Shown: positions 61,801 to 64,000 of the stretch, piece after piece
Layout of the letters: each line of letters opens with the position of its first letter
How positions within the stretch are numbered: position 1 is the first letter of the stretch
From: Catajapyx aquilonaris
Lineage: Eukaryota
NCBI GenBank assembly: GCA_000934665.2
Contig: KZ538199.1
Location: 1-64,000, forward strand
DNA length: 64,000 bases
Direction of reading: 5' to 3'
The notes under the pieces: model-generated
The model's database searches: none
What the model was told of the DNA's origin: nothing
What the model saw: only the letters and a program-made list of their open reading frames with translations
Translations under genes and position numbers: made by a program

Positions 61801-62720
61801 TCTTCTCTTCTCTCTTTTTTTTCCACTCAGCTAGTACATTTTGCTACATCTCTTGGTTGGGTGTTGTAGTGTTGCTGTGGACAAGGAGGGCAAATTGGAT
61901 CGGTTGGCATGAAAATGGCGGCATCCATCTCATGCGAACTGCGACAGCTGTGTGAATTTGTGCGGTTGGAAGAGATCAAAGGAACCACCGCTTCACCACA
62001 TTGGTTTCCACAAAAAAGCATTACACGCTGGGAATGTGCCATCCAAAAGGCCCCCTTCGCCAACTCGCCATTTGGCAGCGGAGTTGGGGACAGATATTGA
62101 CTTTTAAGGCCGCTCAATTAGTCGCACATGACTGAATCATATTGCGACGCTTCACATGTTCAGTGCTTGTATAAAATGATGCTGGATAGTATTTAATTGC
62201 TGTATATTGCGAAATTTTTGTGCAGGAAAAAAAAACGCAAGTAATCTACCCTCATATAGAGGTGGTGGAATCGGGCGTGTGACACTTATCGAATGTTCTG
62301 TAGTCCAGCCTGAAAGGCAGACGCATAATGCCCAGGGCCCCTATGAATGTGTGCGGATGAGATGAGAAGTTAATGGAGGTGGTACGGCACCCCCCCTGAG
62401 AAAAGTAAACCCAAGATATCCAAGCCGACTCGAATCGCCTGCCCTTTCAGCAGGGGCCAGTTTGACCTGCGTCTCTGCCCGCCTGATTTGCATATGAGTA
62501 CACTGCTGCTCGGTTACTTATCAAAAAGCAACTGAGTTCTAACCAGTTTCCAAGTGTCCCCGGGGCCATTACCTCCCTTCTGCAACCATGAACCCTTCAA
62601 GTTTTTTTTTAAGTTTTTTTTTGTACAGTGTAAAGGCGGGGTGTTACGTGACATCGCAGTGCAAAATGCAAAATGAAGCTTTCCCGGCATAACTAAGCGT
62701 ATCCTTGTTTGTCGTTCCAG

Positions 62721-62909
62721 AACCGAGAGGTGTATAACGAGGATGACCCCCGTGCTGAGAACGGCATCGCTTGGGGTAGCCTGAGCCTGTCTTTTTTGTG
62801 GAGCTTTGGGCGTCAGCAGGAGGACCAAGAAGAGCAAGAGGATGGGCCGTTGCCCCGTCCGCCTCGGGGCCGCCCCAGGAGCCGCTCCGTGGGTGCCTTT
62901 ATCTCCTGA
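62721..62909 (+). CDS. BH3-only protein, terminal coding exon (NREVYNEDD...SVGAFIS*)
   Basis: Acceptor atccttgtttgtcgttccag ends at 62720, phase 0, matching exon 3. GC-rich coding-like island with a short hydrophobic stretch GIAWGSLSLSFLWSFG and RGRPRSRSV. Stop TGA at 62907-62909, followed by AU-rich UTR-like sequence. The total CDS is 1068 nt (355 aa). Confidence 0.75.
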   Translation, partial: NREVYNEDDPRAENGIAWGSLSLSFLWSFGRQQEDQEEQEDGPLPRPPRGRPRSRSVGAFIS

Positions 62910-63848
62910 TCCTGTTGCGCAAGACAGCGGCCCGCCACGCAACCTGAATCAAGAGAGAAAATCTGGCTAATCAGGTGACACCCAATGCCCTTGTGGAGCC
63001 ATTAAAATCATTGCTCAAAAATCCAGTTTTTGGCAATCGGGATAGACGAAAGTTGAGGGAAAACTAGTGCCATTATTTTTGCACATTTGATAGACGTTTA
63101 AAGCACCCATTTTGGTAAGATCCGAAGAGGGAGAAGAAAGGTGGTGCTACACGTTTTTGGTCTTCCGGATTGCGAAATAAACCAAATCGTAACTTGTGAT
63201 TTGTTAGGACTGAATTTATACTCGTCTGCTACAGATTTTTTGAGATAACGTGTATAGTTGAATACTCGAATTTTTTCACTCAGTGATTTACACGTACACG
63301 GTGTGAGCTTGCCTAAGTTAGGGTGCTGAAAAATTATATCCATGTGTACGATGGATTTTTGCTCATAGCTTATGCAATTTGAATTGAATTTGACATAATT
63401 TCGTTCGTGTTTTTTTTTTTCTTCGTCTGAAGCAGTCTTATTTATTTAGGAAAGACCAATTGCACACAGGCCGTGTTTATTATATCATTGTATTTATTTA
63501 TTCGTACGAATTATTTACCGCTTTTTAAGCGACGTTTGGTAATCACTGTCAATTTATGTACATATAATGAATGTTTGTAAGGTCCTGTGTAGTCTGAGTC
63601 TCAATGCGTCGCCGTGGTACTCTTGGATTTACAACTATGCGGTATCAGTGCAGAATTTCTGGATGGAGTGTGCCGGCCACATATACCATATTCTCAGAGC
63701 CCCATTGGCCTTTCATTCCGAGATTAGAGCTGGCAGAGGATTATAATAGTACTTGTGCACATACTTGTATCATACTGGCGGCGCATTGAGACTTAGCATT
63801 ACGAATTCAACAGAGTTGGAACTTCTGCTTGCATTAAGAGCAAATAAA
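62910..63848 (+). promoter_or_regulatory. Putative 3' UTR with AU-rich elements, Pumilio element and poly(A) signals
   Basis: TTATTTATTTA 63438-63448, TATTTATTTATT 63491-63502, TGTACATA 63557-63564, and AATAAA near 63176 and 63843. Confidence 0.55.
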
Positions 63849-64000
63849 CATCTACTTTACACAAAGATGATGTGTAAAGGACCGGTAGGTACGGGCTTCA
63901 TTATGCCCATGATGTGTTTTCTGTTTAGAGCGATGTAAAGAGGGGGGAAATCCGCGACATTGTGAACGGATTGATTTCCACATTGTTATGGAAAAAATCA

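Noticed and set aside
30000..62700. The many 60-180-aa ORFs in the large intron
   Set aside because: No domains, coding-like composition or phase-consistent splice sites were noticed; consistent with random ORFs, though a small alternative exon cannot be excluded.
63195..63378. miR-2 K-box (TGTGAT) and miR-92-type (TGCAAT) sites in the 3' UTR
   Set aside because: Only 6-mer matches, which are expected by chance.

Overview
Eukaryotic (probably invertebrate animal) genomic DNA with spliceosomal introns, SINEs, MITEs, microsatellites and two N gaps. No prokaryotic features are present. The first ~12.8 kb is transposon-dense and looks CpG-poor by eye. It holds a long foldback element, a decayed G-patch (GPATCH11-like) exon, two tRNA-derived SINEs with target-site duplications, piggyBac and TA-flanked MITEs, and probable Gypsy and Kolobok-like relics. 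Most of the rest is one + strand gene that the ORF track fragments. Four coding exons (15582-15963, 16036-16344, 29348-29535, 62721-62909) join through phase-compatible GT-AG introns of 72, 13003 and 33185 nt into a 355-aa low-complexity protein. It carries a BH3 motif (VEGRTLRILGDDLD), an LC8-type TQT motif (RSIGTQTPS), a Bmf-like EDDVF, a DSG phosphodegron, a MAPK D-motif and Bad-like basic phosphosites. This makes it a candidate BH3-only pro-apoptotic gene mixing Bim, Bmf and Bad features. A forkhead-site cluster lies at its likely promoter, and AREs plus a Pumilio element lie in its 3' UTR. Its introns contain a four-copy ~850-bp tandem array, two foldback elements and a chimeric mini-duplication. 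All calls are from reading the sequence; no database searches were run.
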